Below are positions 17,957-26,304 of a stretch of 64,000 bases of DNA, piece after piece. The notes beneath the pieces were generated by a model. The model worked only from the letters and a program-made list of their open reading frames with translations. It did no database searches and was not told the origin of the DNA. Every line of letters begins with the position of its first letter. The stretch's first letter is position 1. The stretch comes from a virus. Both the position numbers and the translations under genes were made by a program. The DNA is taken from positions 1 to 64,000 of IMG/VR virus record IMGVR_UViG_3300046791_000454, one strand, 5' to 3'.

Positions 17957-18211
17957 ATGAACGCAGACTCGGACCTAGGCCGCATCCTCGCCCTGGCCCT
18001 CCAGCGGGCCGAGGAGCGCCTCGCCGCCGACCGCGACGTCGAGGTCGCCGCTCGGTTGCTTGAGGCCTACGCGGCTGTCCTGGCGGCGCAGCGGGCAGAA
18101 GGCGAAGCGCCATCCGCCTACCGCCAGGAGCTCACGTACGCGTGCGAGCTCATCCAGGACCTTCGGGCGAGGCTTGCGGCGGCGGGGCCGTGCAAGAGGG
18201 AGCCGACGTGA
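17957..18211 (+). CDS. hypothetical protein
   Basis: operon context. Confidence 0.5.
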   Translation: MNADSDLGRILALALQRAEERLAADRDVEVAARLLEAYAAVLAAQRAEGEAPSAYRQELTYACELIQDLRARLAAAGPCKREPT

Positions 18212-18636
18212 CGCTCATCGTCCGCACCGCCCGCGTTTCGTTCGGAGGCCCCGACCGCTTCGACGTGACCCGCAAGTCGGGCGGCGAGGCTGGCGCTCCG
18301 TTCGCCCCGTCGTGGAAGCTTCTCGGGCCTGCTCTCGAGGCGCGTAAGCATGCCGATCGAATGCGTCGGTTCGGCTGTCACTCGCTGGCGAACGCCTACG
18401 AGCGAGGCTCGTGGGAGGAGTACGAACGCAAGTACCTCGACGAGATGCGGGCGAGCTACGCGGCGAACCGAGCGGCCTGGAGCGCGCTTCTCGCGCGCGA
18501 AACGATCGTGATCGTCTGCTACTGCGTCGACGCGGAGCACTGCCACCGGCGGCTCTTGCGGGCCGTCATCCTGCCAAAGCTCGGCGCGGTGGACGGCGGG
18601 GAAGTTTCCGAAACGGCAAAGGAGAGCATGCGATGA
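18208..18636 (+). CDS. DUF488-like protein
   Basis: FAPSWKLL...WEEYERKYLDEM...VCYC....CHR. Confidence 0.75.
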   Translation: MTLIVRTARVSFGGPDRFDVTRKSGGEAGAPFAPSWKLLGPALEARKHADRMRRFGCHSLANAYERGSWEEYERKYLDEMRASYAANRAAWSALLARETIVIVCYCVDAEHCHRRLLRAVILPKLGAVDGGEVSETAKESMR

Positions 18637-20273
18637 TGGCCACGACGATGATGGATCCGGCAGACGACGAACAATACCAGGCCTACGAGCGCGCGCTCGT
18701 CGACCACTTCTCGCTCGAGATGAACGACGACGCCCCGCTCTTCACGACCGACGTCGAAGACATCTTCGCGGTCTTCCTCGCCGCGCTGCCCGAGGGGCGC
18801 CGCCAGCACTACAACTGCCACGCCTGCCGCCGGTTCCTGAACCGGTACGGTGCACTCGTCCGCATCAACCACAAGGGCCAGAAGCGGACGCCGATCTGGA
18901 ATCTTGAGGCGCCGTCGTTCTTCGCCCCCGCGGCTACGGCATGCGCCCACGCCGTCGCGCGCGCGAAGGTGACTGGCATCTTCCTCACGTCCGAAACGAC
19001 CTGGGGCCTCCGAGAGAACGCGACCCCGAAGCCGCCTGGCATCTGGCGGCACTTGCACGTCGTCCCGCCGCGTACGCTCGTCTTCGCCAAGACGCCGCTC
19101 CAGACGGCCGAGCAGCGCGCGGCCGAGCGTCGCGAGGAGCACCACATGCTCTGCCGTGGACTCGCCGAGTTCCCGCTCGAGCACGTTCGGGAGGCGCACA
19201 CGCTGCTCACGAGCGGCAACCTCTACCGGTCGGAGAAGTGCATCGGCGTGGCCAAGTGGCTGCTCGACCTGCACACGGCGCGCGAGGCCGCGAAGGGCGA
19301 GGCGCGCGACAACGTGGTCTGGCTCGCGGTCGCGACGGCGCCGGCCGGCTTCTGCCACATCCGGACCGGCATGATCGGGACGCTGCTCGAAGACATCCAG
19401 CTCGGGCTCGCGTTTGCCGACATCAAGGCGAAGTTCGACGCGAAGATGCACCCGCTCCAGTATCAGCGCCCGCAGGCGGCGCCGAGCGCGGGCCAGATCG
19501 CCCAGGCGGAGAAGGTCGTTGCGGCTCTCGCCTCTGCCGGCTCGCTTGCGCGTCGCTTCGCGCGGCTCGAAGACCTCGAGACCATCTGGACGCCGAAGAT
19601 GGTAGAGCCGTCAGCGCCGAAGGGTGGCGTCTTCGGGCACCTCAAGCCGAAGGGGGAGTTGCCGCGCGGCGGCAACGTCGAGCAGCCGGCGGTGACGATG
19701 ACGTGGGAGAAGTTCGCGCGGACCGTCCTGCCCGATGCCGAGACCATCGAGCTCCACGTGACGCCGACCCCGCGCCCGTACGCGGCCCTCGTGACTGCGG
19801 CGAATGCCGACGCCCCGCCGATCATCCAATGGGACCGCCTTGAGAAGCGGAACCCCGTGACATGGTACCTCTACGCCGGCGGCTCGACGCCTGGGGGGTG
19901 GGGCCTTGAGGTCGGATGGTGCCGCGTCACGGCAATCACCCTTCAGCCGTCGATGTGGAGTGGTGCGCCGCCGTCCACGCATCAAGGCGCTTCGCTCTTC
20001 ATGATCCTCGAAGGCGCGAAGGATACGCGCAAGGCAAGCGTGGTTGTCGAACGCGGCGGAGGTTTCTTCCCGGAGCACCTGCGCAGCGAATATCATCCGG
20101 TGCGCGCGACGATGGAGGCGTTCGCGCACGCAGCGGAGATCGCCGGCTGGAACGAGGCGACCGCGTGCGGCCTCAAGGTCGAGAAGGGCGCTCCCGGCGC
20201 GTGGAACTATGTCGTGCGCGTCACGTCGAAAGACGGGACTCGGCTCGCGTACAACCTCGACCGCTGGGACTGA
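18633..20273 (+). CDS. large phage hypothetical protein
   Basis: 546 aa; QHYNCHAC..F...YQRP...SLARRFA; GGAG SD. Confidence 0.8.
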   Translation: MMATTMMDPADDEQYQAYERALVDHFSLEMNDDAPLFTTDVEDIFAVFLAALPEGRRQHYNCHACRRFLNRYGALVRINHKGQKRTPIWNLEAPSFFAPAATACAHAVARAKVTGIFLTSETTWGLRENATPKPPGIWRHLHVVPPRTLVFAKTPLQTAEQRAAERREEHHMLCRGLAEFPLEHVREAHTLLTSGNLYRSEKCIGVAKWLLDLHTAREAAKGEARDNVVWLAVATAPAGFCHIRTGMIGTLLEDIQLGLAFADIKAKFDAKMHPLQYQRPQAAPSAGQIAQAEKVVAALASAGSLARRFARLEDLETIWTPKMVEPSAPKGGVFGHLKPKGELPRGGNVEQPAVTMTWEKFARTVLPDAETIELHVTPTPRPYAALVTAANADAPPIIQWDRLEKRNPVTWYLYAGGSTPGGWGLEVGWCRVTAITLQPSMWSGAPPSTHQGASLFMILEGAKDTRKASVVVERGGGFFPEHLRSEYHPVRATMEAFAHAAEIAGWNEATACGLKVEKGAPGAWNYVVRVTSKDGTRLAYNLDRWD

Positions 20274-20405
20274 AGACGAACTGACAAGAACGGCAGCAGT
20301 TGGGCCGGCCCACTACGGGCAGCGCGAGCCTCGGCGGAAGAGAGGCGACCTGTTGCCCCACGCCCGTGTTAGGCGCCGGGGGGAAGGGCCCCAGCGGCGC
20401 AGGAC

Positions 20406-21239
20406 TCAGACAGTGGCGAGACCGTCGCGCCGGCCTTCAGCGCCCCCGTTCGTCGGCTTGATGTTCTTGCCGCCCGCAACCTCGTTCAGCGTGCGGAGCA
20501 GGTCGAGCCGCAGGAACTGCAAGTGCAGGTTGCCGTTCCGGAAGCACTTGAATCGGAAGTAGCGCGTCTCTCCGCGGCCCTTGTCGCCGCTGGCCTTGAT
20601 CGCGTCGGAAAGCTCGCCATGATAGCTCTTGGCCACCGTGCCGCGACCGTCGAGCATGCTGAACACGTTGTCGAGCGCCACAAACTCAGCCTCGCGCCCG
20701 TAGCGGACGTGGTAGCCGGGCGACCACGCGCGCTCGACGCGGTGCTCCAGCACGACCTTCGGCCCGATCTCGGTTCGGCTGTTGGTCTTGTACGTGTCGC
20801 GCCATGGGCGCAGGAAGCCGAAGACTTCACGCACGGCCTCGGCCATCATGACCGGCGCCGCCTCGAGGTAGAACTCCGCGAAGTCCGCCACGTTCTCGAC
20901 CGTGAGCGGCGGCAGGTCTCCGCGCTCCAGCCGCTCGTCCAGTTCCTTCGCGCGCTTGACGGACAGCATGCGGCGAATTTCGAGGCGCTCGGCAACCGCG
21001 CCCCACGCGTTACGGGCCATGCGCTCGACGGCCGCATCGGCGTCCCAGTCGCAACCGGTCCGGTGCCTGCTCGCCTCGACGGAGATGTGCCCTCGGCGCG
21101 AGCTGTCGCCGTAGAGCGCGCCGAGACGCTCCTCGACGGCGAGGACGATGGCGAACGCGCGGCGGACGTCGCGCTCTGCTTCCTGGAAGGCCGCCACAAG
21201 CTCGTGGACGGCGGCGTGACGGGCGAGGTCGGTGCTCAC
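20406..21239 (-). CDS. DUF4942 domain protein
   Basis: YKTNS...YFRFKCFRNGNLHLQFLRLDLLRTLN. Confidence 0.8.
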   Translation of the reverse strand: MSTDLARHAAVHELVAAFQEAERDVRRAFAIVLAVEERLGALYGDSSRRGHISVEASRHRTGCDWDADAAVERMARNAWGAVAERLEIRRMLSVKRAKELDERLERGDLPPLTVENVADFAEFYLEAAPVMMAEAVREVFGFLRPWRDTYKTNSRTEIGPKVVLEHRVERAWSPGYHVRYGREAEFVALDNVFSMLDGRGTVAKSYHGELSDAIKASGDKGRGETRYFRFKCFRNGNLHLQFLRLDLLRTLNEVAGGKNIKPTNGGAEGRRDGLATV

Positions 21240-21445
21240 GAGTGCACCCGCTCCGCTTCCTCGGCCAACGCGGCCGCTTGGCGCAGAATCGACGCCACCT
21301 CGCGCCACGCGTTGTATCGACGAGGCATGTCGCTATCCAAGTCCGCCTGGACCTCGACGGACGCGAGCGCGGTGTCAATGAGCAGTTGCGGGCCCACCTC
21401 GGTCGCCAGGTTCAGGAACGCGGTCAGCTTCTCGTCGGGCAGCAT
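21236..21445 (-). CDS. hypothetical protein
   Basis: GGAGG SD. Confidence 0.6.
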   Translation of the reverse strand: MLPDEKLTAFLNLATEVGPQLLIDTALASVEVQADLDSDMPRRYNAWREVASILRQAAALAEEAERVHS

Positions 21446-21463
21446 GGGGAACCTCCAACGCCC

Positions 21464-21497
21464 AAAGCCCCGGCCCCTTTCGGGGTGCGGGGCCGAG
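21464..21497 (-). terminator. GAAA-loop hairpin, copy 1
   Basis: CTCGGCCCCGCACCCCGAAAGGGGCCGGGGCTTT on the minus strand. Confidence 0.6.
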
Positions 21498-21511
21498 CGA
21501 TCCGGCTGCGT

Positions 21512-22042
21512 TCAGGCAATCGCCTTGCGGACCGTGGCGAGCGCCTTGGCACGGCCCTTCGCCCCGGCGTTCTTCGCGGACCACTCGGCCCAACCGAGGA
21601 GCGTCTCACCCTTCTGCGCCATGAAGGCGTTCGGGTGGGGCTGCGTGGCAAGCTTTGCGCGCGCCGTCTCGTCGGCAAGAAGCGCGGCGAGGTCGGCGAG
21701 CTTCGCGGACGCGCGGGCCATGGTGGCCACCTTGCGGCGCTTGGCGAGGTCGCGGTCCACGCGGGCGACGAGGGCGGCGTCGACCTTGCGGATGCAGTCG
21801 GAGCCGACGTGGAAGCGCTTGCCGTCCGCGCTCTCGACGTTGCAGAGGACGATGATGGCCATGCCGCAGTATTCGCAGGTGCCGCCGGGCTGCGTGACGA
21901 CGCAGAGGCCGCCGGGAAGGCGCTCCGTCACGACCATGCCGTACTCGCGGTCCTGCTGACCGAGGCCGATGTAGCGGAAGGGGGCCTTGCCGAGGCCGGC
22001 GAGTTCGAAGGGGTGGACTGCGGAGGGGGTCGTCGTGTTCAT
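21512..22042 (-). CDS. hypothetical Zn-binding protein
   Basis: HPFELAGLGKAPF...CEYCG...VGSDCIRK. Confidence 0.75.
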   Translation of the reverse strand: MNTTTPSAVHPFELAGLGKAPFRYIGLGQQDREYGMVVTERLPGGLCVVTQPGGTCEYCGMAIIVLCNVESADGKRFHVGSDCIRKVDAALVARVDRDLAKRRKVATMARASAKLADLAALLADETARAKLATQPHPNAFMAQKGETLLGWAEWSAKNAGAKGRAKALATVRKAIA

Positions 22043-22053
22043 GCCTTCCCTCT

Positions 22054-22069
22054 AGCGAGGACCATGCCA
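22054..22069 (-). promoter_or_regulatory. putative sigma54 (-24/-12) promoter, leftward
   Basis: TGGCATGGTCCTCGCT = GG-N10-GC; ATG about 13 nt after the C. Confidence 0.6.
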
Positions 22070-22073
22070 CGAT

Positions 22074-22528
22074 ATGACGCACGTGGCATCGCGGCGCGCC
22101 CCATGCTACGGAGCGGAACCCATGACCAAGAGCCGCCCGCCGCCCATTCCCGACCAGATTCGCACCGCACGCACCGCTGCGCACCTTTCCCAGGCTCAGC
22201 TTGCAGAAAGCACGGGCCTTCAGCAGTCGGCCATTGCCCGCTATGAGACCGGCGAACGCGATCCGAACCTGCGAACGCTCCGGATTCTGGCCGGAGCACT
22301 GAACACGGTGTGGCTCGTTTACCCGTAGATTTCGCGCGCTACGCATCCAAGTCATAGCCCATGACGCCGGTGTCATCGTGGCCCATGCGTCGGTAAACAT
22401 AGACTAATATGCGCTTTCTGAGGCACGCTGTATCAACTCCGATGCCGCCGGTGTCATACTGAACGGTCCTCCACACGGCGGCGGCGGGGCCTCTAATGCC
22501 GGTAATCAGCCAATGTCTCCAGCGGCAT
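22074..22528. promoter_or_regulatory. four 16-bp palindromes ATGnCnC-NN-GnGnCAT (22074, 22361, 22442, 22513)
   Basis: ATGACGCACGTGGCAT, ATGACGCCGGTGTCAT, ATGCCGCCGGTGTCAT, ATGTCTCCAGCGGCAT. Confidence 0.75.
22122..22328 (+). CDS. XRE family HTH regulator
   Basis: IRTARTAAHLSQAQLAESTGLQQSAIARYETGERDP. Confidence 0.9.
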   Translation: MTKSRPPPIPDQIRTARTAAHLSQAQLAESTGLQQSAIARYETGERDPNLRTLRILAGALNTVWLVYP

Positions 22529-22532
22529 TGGC

Positions 22533-22548
22533 TGGCACACCCCGTGCA
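22533..22548 (+). promoter_or_regulatory. putative sigma54 promoter, rightward
   Basis: TGGCACACCCCGTGCA = GG-N10-GC, near consensus. Confidence 0.7.
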
Positions 22549-22561
22549 ATGCCTCTCTGAC

Positions 22562-22732
22562 ATGAAGACGCTGACGAAGCAGATGAGCCTGGTGGGGATG
22601 ACGGTTCGCTCGACGACCTGCGACATCGCTGGCACCATCGAGTACGTGACCAAGGACGGCTGGGCCGGCATCCGGGACGCCTCGGGCCGCCTGGACGAGG
22701 AGAAGCTCAGCCGACTGGAGCAGGTGACCTGA
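22562..22732 (+). CDS. 56-aa hypothetical protein
   Basis: first ORF after the promoter, high GC3. Confidence 0.6.
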   Translation: MKTLTKQMSLVGMTVRSTTCDIAGTIEYVTKDGWAGIRDASGRLDEEKLSRLEQVT

Positions 22733-22737
22733 GGGCC

Positions 22738-22772
22738 CCCGGCCCGGTTCCCGAAAAGGGGGCCGGGCCTTT
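22738..22772 (+). terminator. GAAA-loop hairpin, copy 2
   Basis: CCCGGCCCGGTTCCCGAAAAGGGGGCCGGGCCTTT. Confidence 0.6.
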
Positions 22773-22789
22773 CGAGTCAGGAGACCAAG

Positions 22790-22981
22790 ATGACCTTACC
22801 GAAGCTCCACCACCTCTTCCGCCGCCCCGAGCAGTGCCTCCCGGCTAACAGCAATTCGGTGCCGGCGTTCTGCTCGGTCGAGTCGATCCCCGGCTGGCTC
22901 TACACCCAGGCGGCTGCCCGCGTCAGCGCGCGCCGCGCCCGCTTCTCGTCCGTGGCCTTCAACGCGAAGGTGTCATCGTGA
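22790..22981 (+). CDS. hypothetical protein
   Basis: AGGAG SD. Confidence 0.55.
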   Translation: MTLPKLHHLFRRPEQCLPANSNSVPAFCSVESIPGWLYTQAAARVSARRARFSSVAFNAKVSS

Positions 22982-23124
22982 GCCGCGCGGCCCGCATCGC
23001 CGTGGTCGTGCTGATTGAGGCCGAGCTTGCGGCGGCAGACGACATGCCGGAAGAAGACTACGCCGCGGCACGGGCGTTGCTAAAGGAATTGGAAGAGACG
23101 AGCGAGACGGAGGAAGAGCGGTGA
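22978..23124 (+). CDS. 48-aa acidic peptide
   Basis: GTGA overlaps at both ends. Confidence 0.5.
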   Translation: MSRAARIAVVVLIEAELAAADDMPEEDYAAARALLKELEETSETEEER

Positions 23125-23303
23125 ACCCCGACACAATGCTACGGATGACCGATGACGGCGACACGTTCGAGTGCACGTGGGCGAGCTTCGCGGAAGCGAA
23201 CGCGGATACGCCGAGCGTGGTTGCCGAGGTTGCAGCGCTGGCAGTCGGTGAGCGCGTGACGCTGGCCGGAGGCGGACTTGTGGAAGTGGAGCGCGTGTCG
23301 TGA
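23121..23303 (+). CDS. hypothetical protein
   Basis: overlap-coupled. Confidence 0.55.
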   Translation: MNPDTMLRMTDDGDTFECTWASFAEANADTPSVVAEVAALAVGERVTLAGGGLVEVERVS

Positions 23304-23752
23304 GCTACTGGAACGGTTTTAAGAACGCGCGTGTGAAGACGCCGGTCGCGACCTGGACTCGCTGGGACGTCTCTTGGTCCCCCTGGGGCCGCAACCCCGT
23401 CCGAGGCACGAACTACGTCCAGCTTGAGACGCTAGACGCGGTTGTCATCGGCCTCTACGACGTGAACGCGGATGGCGTACGCGTCGGGCGTCGACCTCGG
23501 CAGGTCGAGGTCTACGCCAAGACCAAGCGGAGTCCGAAGTGGCTCGGCTATGACACCAGCGCGCGACTCGCGGCGCTTTTCTACAACGTGCTTGCGCGTG
23601 AGGCAGGCTCGGACGACTACGGGCGGGTCGTCCGCTGGGGCGTCGGCATTGCCCCGAAGCACTACGACGACAGCAAGGCCATTCTCGCCTTCATCGCCAA
23701 GTTGGACGCCGCCGAGCGAGCGGCCAAGGAGCAGACCCGTGAAGCCGCTTAG
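23300..23752 (+). CDS. hypothetical protein
   Basis: overlap-coupled. Confidence 0.6.
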   Translation: MSYWNGFKNARVKTPVATWTRWDVSWSPWGRNPVRGTNYVQLETLDAVVIGLYDVNADGVRVGRRPRQVEVYAKTKRSPKWLGYDTSARLAALFYNVLAREAGSDDYGRVVRWGVGIAPKHYDDSKAILAFIAKLDAAERAAKEQTREAA

Positions 23753-23939
23753 CATCGAGTACACCTTCCACGGCGGCCCCAACGAGGACGTGCTCGTGGA
23801 CCGCAAGCGGTGCCGCTCGGACGCCGCTGCCCGCCAGCACGCCGCGAAGCTGGCCGACCGCCTTGGCGGCTACATCTGCGTCAGTCGCAACGGGCGCCGC
23901 ATCGTGAGCGTGAACGAGAACTGGAGCGAGCCGTCATGA
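23739..23939 (+). CDS. hypothetical protein
   Basis: AGGAG SD. Confidence 0.55.
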   Translation: MKPLSIEYTFHGGPNEDVLVDRKRCRSDAAARQHAAKLADRLGGYICVSRNGRRIVSVNENWSEPS

Positions 23940-24280
23940 CCAAGACCAACCGAATCCCCGCCCGCCTCGACGCGGACCGCGCCGCGACGCCGAGGGCGCG
24001 CCTCATCCAGCGCCAACAGGTCCGCGACGGAGACACCATCTCGGCGACGAACGCGACGCACTACGAGGCGGAGGACGGGAGCCGGGTAGCGCTGGCGGAT
24101 GCTCTCGAGGCGGCCCGCTCAAGGCTCGCCTACGCCGACGACGCCTGGCCTGGGTCTCCGAGGGAGGTGCGCGCGGCACAGGCAGACGTGGACCGGCTGG
24201 AGGCCGAAGTGGAGGCGTTGCGCAAAGCGGCGCTGCCCGAGCCCCGCGACGGCGTGGACGACGAGCCCGGAGACGTCTGA
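23936..24280 (+). CDS. hypothetical protein
   Basis: ATGA coupling. Confidence 0.55.
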   Translation: MTKTNRIPARLDADRAATPRARLIQRQQVRDGDTISATNATHYEAEDGSRVALADALEAARSRLAYADDAWPGSPREVRAAQADVDRLEAEVEALRKAALPEPRDGVDDEPGDV

Positions 24281-24291
24281 GCCAAGGCGCG

Positions 24292-24330
24292 AAAAGAGAA
24301 GAGCCCGTCTCCGGGCGTGGAGACGGGCTC
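24292..24330 (-). terminator. intrinsic terminator between convergent operons
   Basis: 12-bp perfect stem GAGCCCGTCTCC/GGAGACGGGCTC followed by TTCTCTTTT on the minus strand. Confidence 0.8.
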
Positions 24331-24352
24331 GAAGGTGAGACGGCGGGCGCGG

Positions 24353-24640
24353 CTAGAACGACGTTGCAGTCACCTGAAACGTGGCCTCGTCGACGGCAAC
24401 AACGGTGCCCGACGCGACCCACTTGACGCGCCACGTTCCCGCCGCACTCGGTGTGAGGTCGTAGTGGTACGCACCGGTGCTGTCCTTGACCATGGCGCTG
24501 GACCCGTAGGCCCACGTCGAGACGATCCCGTTGGGCGCCTTGGCTTGGAGCTCGACCGTCGTCGGGTCCGCTACGCCAACCGAGTCCGCGAACGTGCACG
24601 AGGAGCGGACACGCGATCCGAGCTTGACGCTTAGGGACAT
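24353..24640 (-). CDS. small Ig-like virion accessory protein
   Basis: DPTTVEL..PNG...KDSTGAYHYD...GTWRVKW. Confidence 0.65.
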   Translation of the reverse strand: MSLSVKLGSRVRSSCTFADSVGVADPTTVELQAKAPNGIVSTWAYGSSAMVKDSTGAYHYDLTPSAAGTWRVKWVASGTVVAVDEATFQVTATSF

Positions 24641-24641
24641 A

Positions 24642-25799
24642 TCAACTCACGGCGGACAGGTGCGAGGTTGCGCGGCCGACTTGGGAGAGCGACGAGCGGG
24701 CGTTGCCGAGGGCGGAGAGGGAAGCGGCGGCGGAGCCGACGAGGGAGAACGAGAGCCGCGCGGTCGCGATGCGCGGCTCGAGCACGAGCAATCCGACTGC
24801 CGAGCTGGCGACCGCGAAGGTCGTCCCGATGCACGGGAGCATATGCGCTGCGCGGAGCGATGTCGCGTTCCCGGTCAGCTGGACGCTTCCCGTTGCGGTC
24901 GCCACACGGAGCTCGCGGGCAAGCGCTACGGCTTGGCCCGTGAGCGCGAACGTCCCGGTGCTTGCCTGAAGTGTTGCCCCGGTCTGGAGCGTCAGCGCAG
25001 CCGGTTCGCCAGTGAGTGCGAAGCTTCCAGCGCTGGCCGTGAGCCGGTGGGCCGCATCGAGCGAGGCCGGTTCGCCAGTGAGCGTTAAGGAGCCCGGGGT
25101 GGCCGTCAGGAGCCGGCTCGCGACGAGCCCGGCCGCCTGGCCTGTCATGGCGAAGGAGCCGGTTGCAGCGGCCTCCTGAACGCGGAGCGCGGCGTCCTGA
25201 CCCGTGAGCGCCAGGCTGCCCTGCGCAGCGCTCAGAAGGCGCGATGCCTTTGGAGCGGCAGCCACCCCTGTCAGGGCGAAGCTGGCCTGCGCGGCCGGCA
25301 TGGTGACCGCGAACGTCGCGGTCGAGCCCGTGAGCGCGAAGCTGCCTTGCGAGGCAGGCAGCGCGACCTGGAGCGCCGCCGCAACGCCCGTAAGCGTGAA
25401 GCTCGCTTGCGTCGTCGTGAGCAGGCGCGACGCCACCAGCGAAGCGGCGTTGCCCGTCAGTACGAACGAGCCGACCGCGGCAGATAGAGTGACGGCGTGC
25501 GAGAGGCTGGCGTTCTGCGCAGTGAGGGAGAACGTTGTAGCCGCTAGTGCAAGCGCATGCGCAGCCGCGAGCGTCGCGGGTTCGCCGGTCAACGCGAAGG
25601 CGCCGAGCGTGGTCGCGAGTGAGTACGCGGAAGCCGTCGGCGGCAGTGCGCCCGAGAACGAGCGCCACGCCACGACGTCAGGCCCCGCAACGAGCGGGGG
25701 GAAGGCGAATAGGCTGGCCTCGCGCGCGTCGTTGTAGGCTGCGACGTCGGGCGCGACGACCAGCGACGGGCGCGCTACGACGTCGGCCGCGGTCGCCAT
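24642..25799 (-). CDS. repeat protein (about 13 x 20-24 aa, GSFALTG core)
   Basis: repeats read directly from the translation. Confidence 0.8.
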   Translation of the reverse strand: MATAADVVARPSLVVAPDVAAYNDAREASLFAFPPLVAGPDVVAWRSFSGALPPTASAYSLATTLGAFALTGEPATLAAAHALALAATTFSLTAQNASLSHAVTLSAAVGSFVLTGNAASLVASRLLTTTQASFTLTGVAAALQVALPASQGSFALTGSTATFAVTMPAAQASFALTGVAAAPKASRLLSAAQGSLALTGQDAALRVQEAAATGSFAMTGQAAGLVASRLLTATPGSLTLTGEPASLDAAHRLTASAGSFALTGEPAALTLQTGATLQASTGTFALTGQAVALARELRVATATGSVQLTGNATSLRAAHMLPCIGTTFAVASSAVGLLVLEPRIATARLSFSLVGSAAASLSALGNARSSLSQVGRATSHLSAVS

Positions 25800-25800
25800 C

Positions 25801-26304
25801 TTACGCCGGAACTAGCGTGTCCACACTCGCGCCGGCGATGTCAGGCGGACCCGTTCGGTGGACCGTCAGGAAGTGGGCCTCCGAGTAGGGTGACGTCGCG
25901 ATGAACGTGCCGCTGATGTCGCTCGTCACCTGAGAGACGAGCTCACCGGTGCTCACGCGGTAGCAGCGGACCGTGCAGTTCGCGGCTGCGCTCCCGTACT
26001 GGTCGCGCGTGACGCCGGCGAACGAGAGCCGCCCATTGCAGCCTGAGTTTGGCCAGACGCGTTGATAGTACGCCGCAGCCTTCACGTCTGAGACGCCTCC
26101 GGTGTCGAGCGTATAGCCCTGACCGGGCCACCAGTCGGTGCTCCAATCGTCGACGCCTAGAAAGTCGCTGTTAGCGAAGATGAGCCCGATAATAGGCGCC
26201 GGCTGAAACTCGTCCGCGCGGTCCCATTCGTCGTCAACGGCGCGGGAGTCGGACGCGAGAAGAAGTGGGACGCCGGTCGCAACCGACGAGACGAACCCGC
26301 TCAC
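25801..26304 (-). CDS. virion accessory protein with transthyretin-like C-terminal domain
   Basis: GVTRDQYG....CTVRCYR.STGELV....SDISGTF. Confidence 0.6.
   Translation of the reverse strand: MSGFVSSVATGVPLLLASDSRAVDDEWDRADEFQPAPIIGLIFANSDFLGVDDWSTDWWPGQGYTLDTGGVSDVKAAAYYQRVWPNSGCNGRLSFAGVTRDQYGSAAANCTVRCYRVSTGELVSQVTSDISGTFIATSPYSEAHFLTVHRTGPPDIAGASVDTLVPA

Noticed and set aside
20268-20300. Hammerhead-like CTGAAGA-CGAA
   Set aside because: No stem II and no GAAA core
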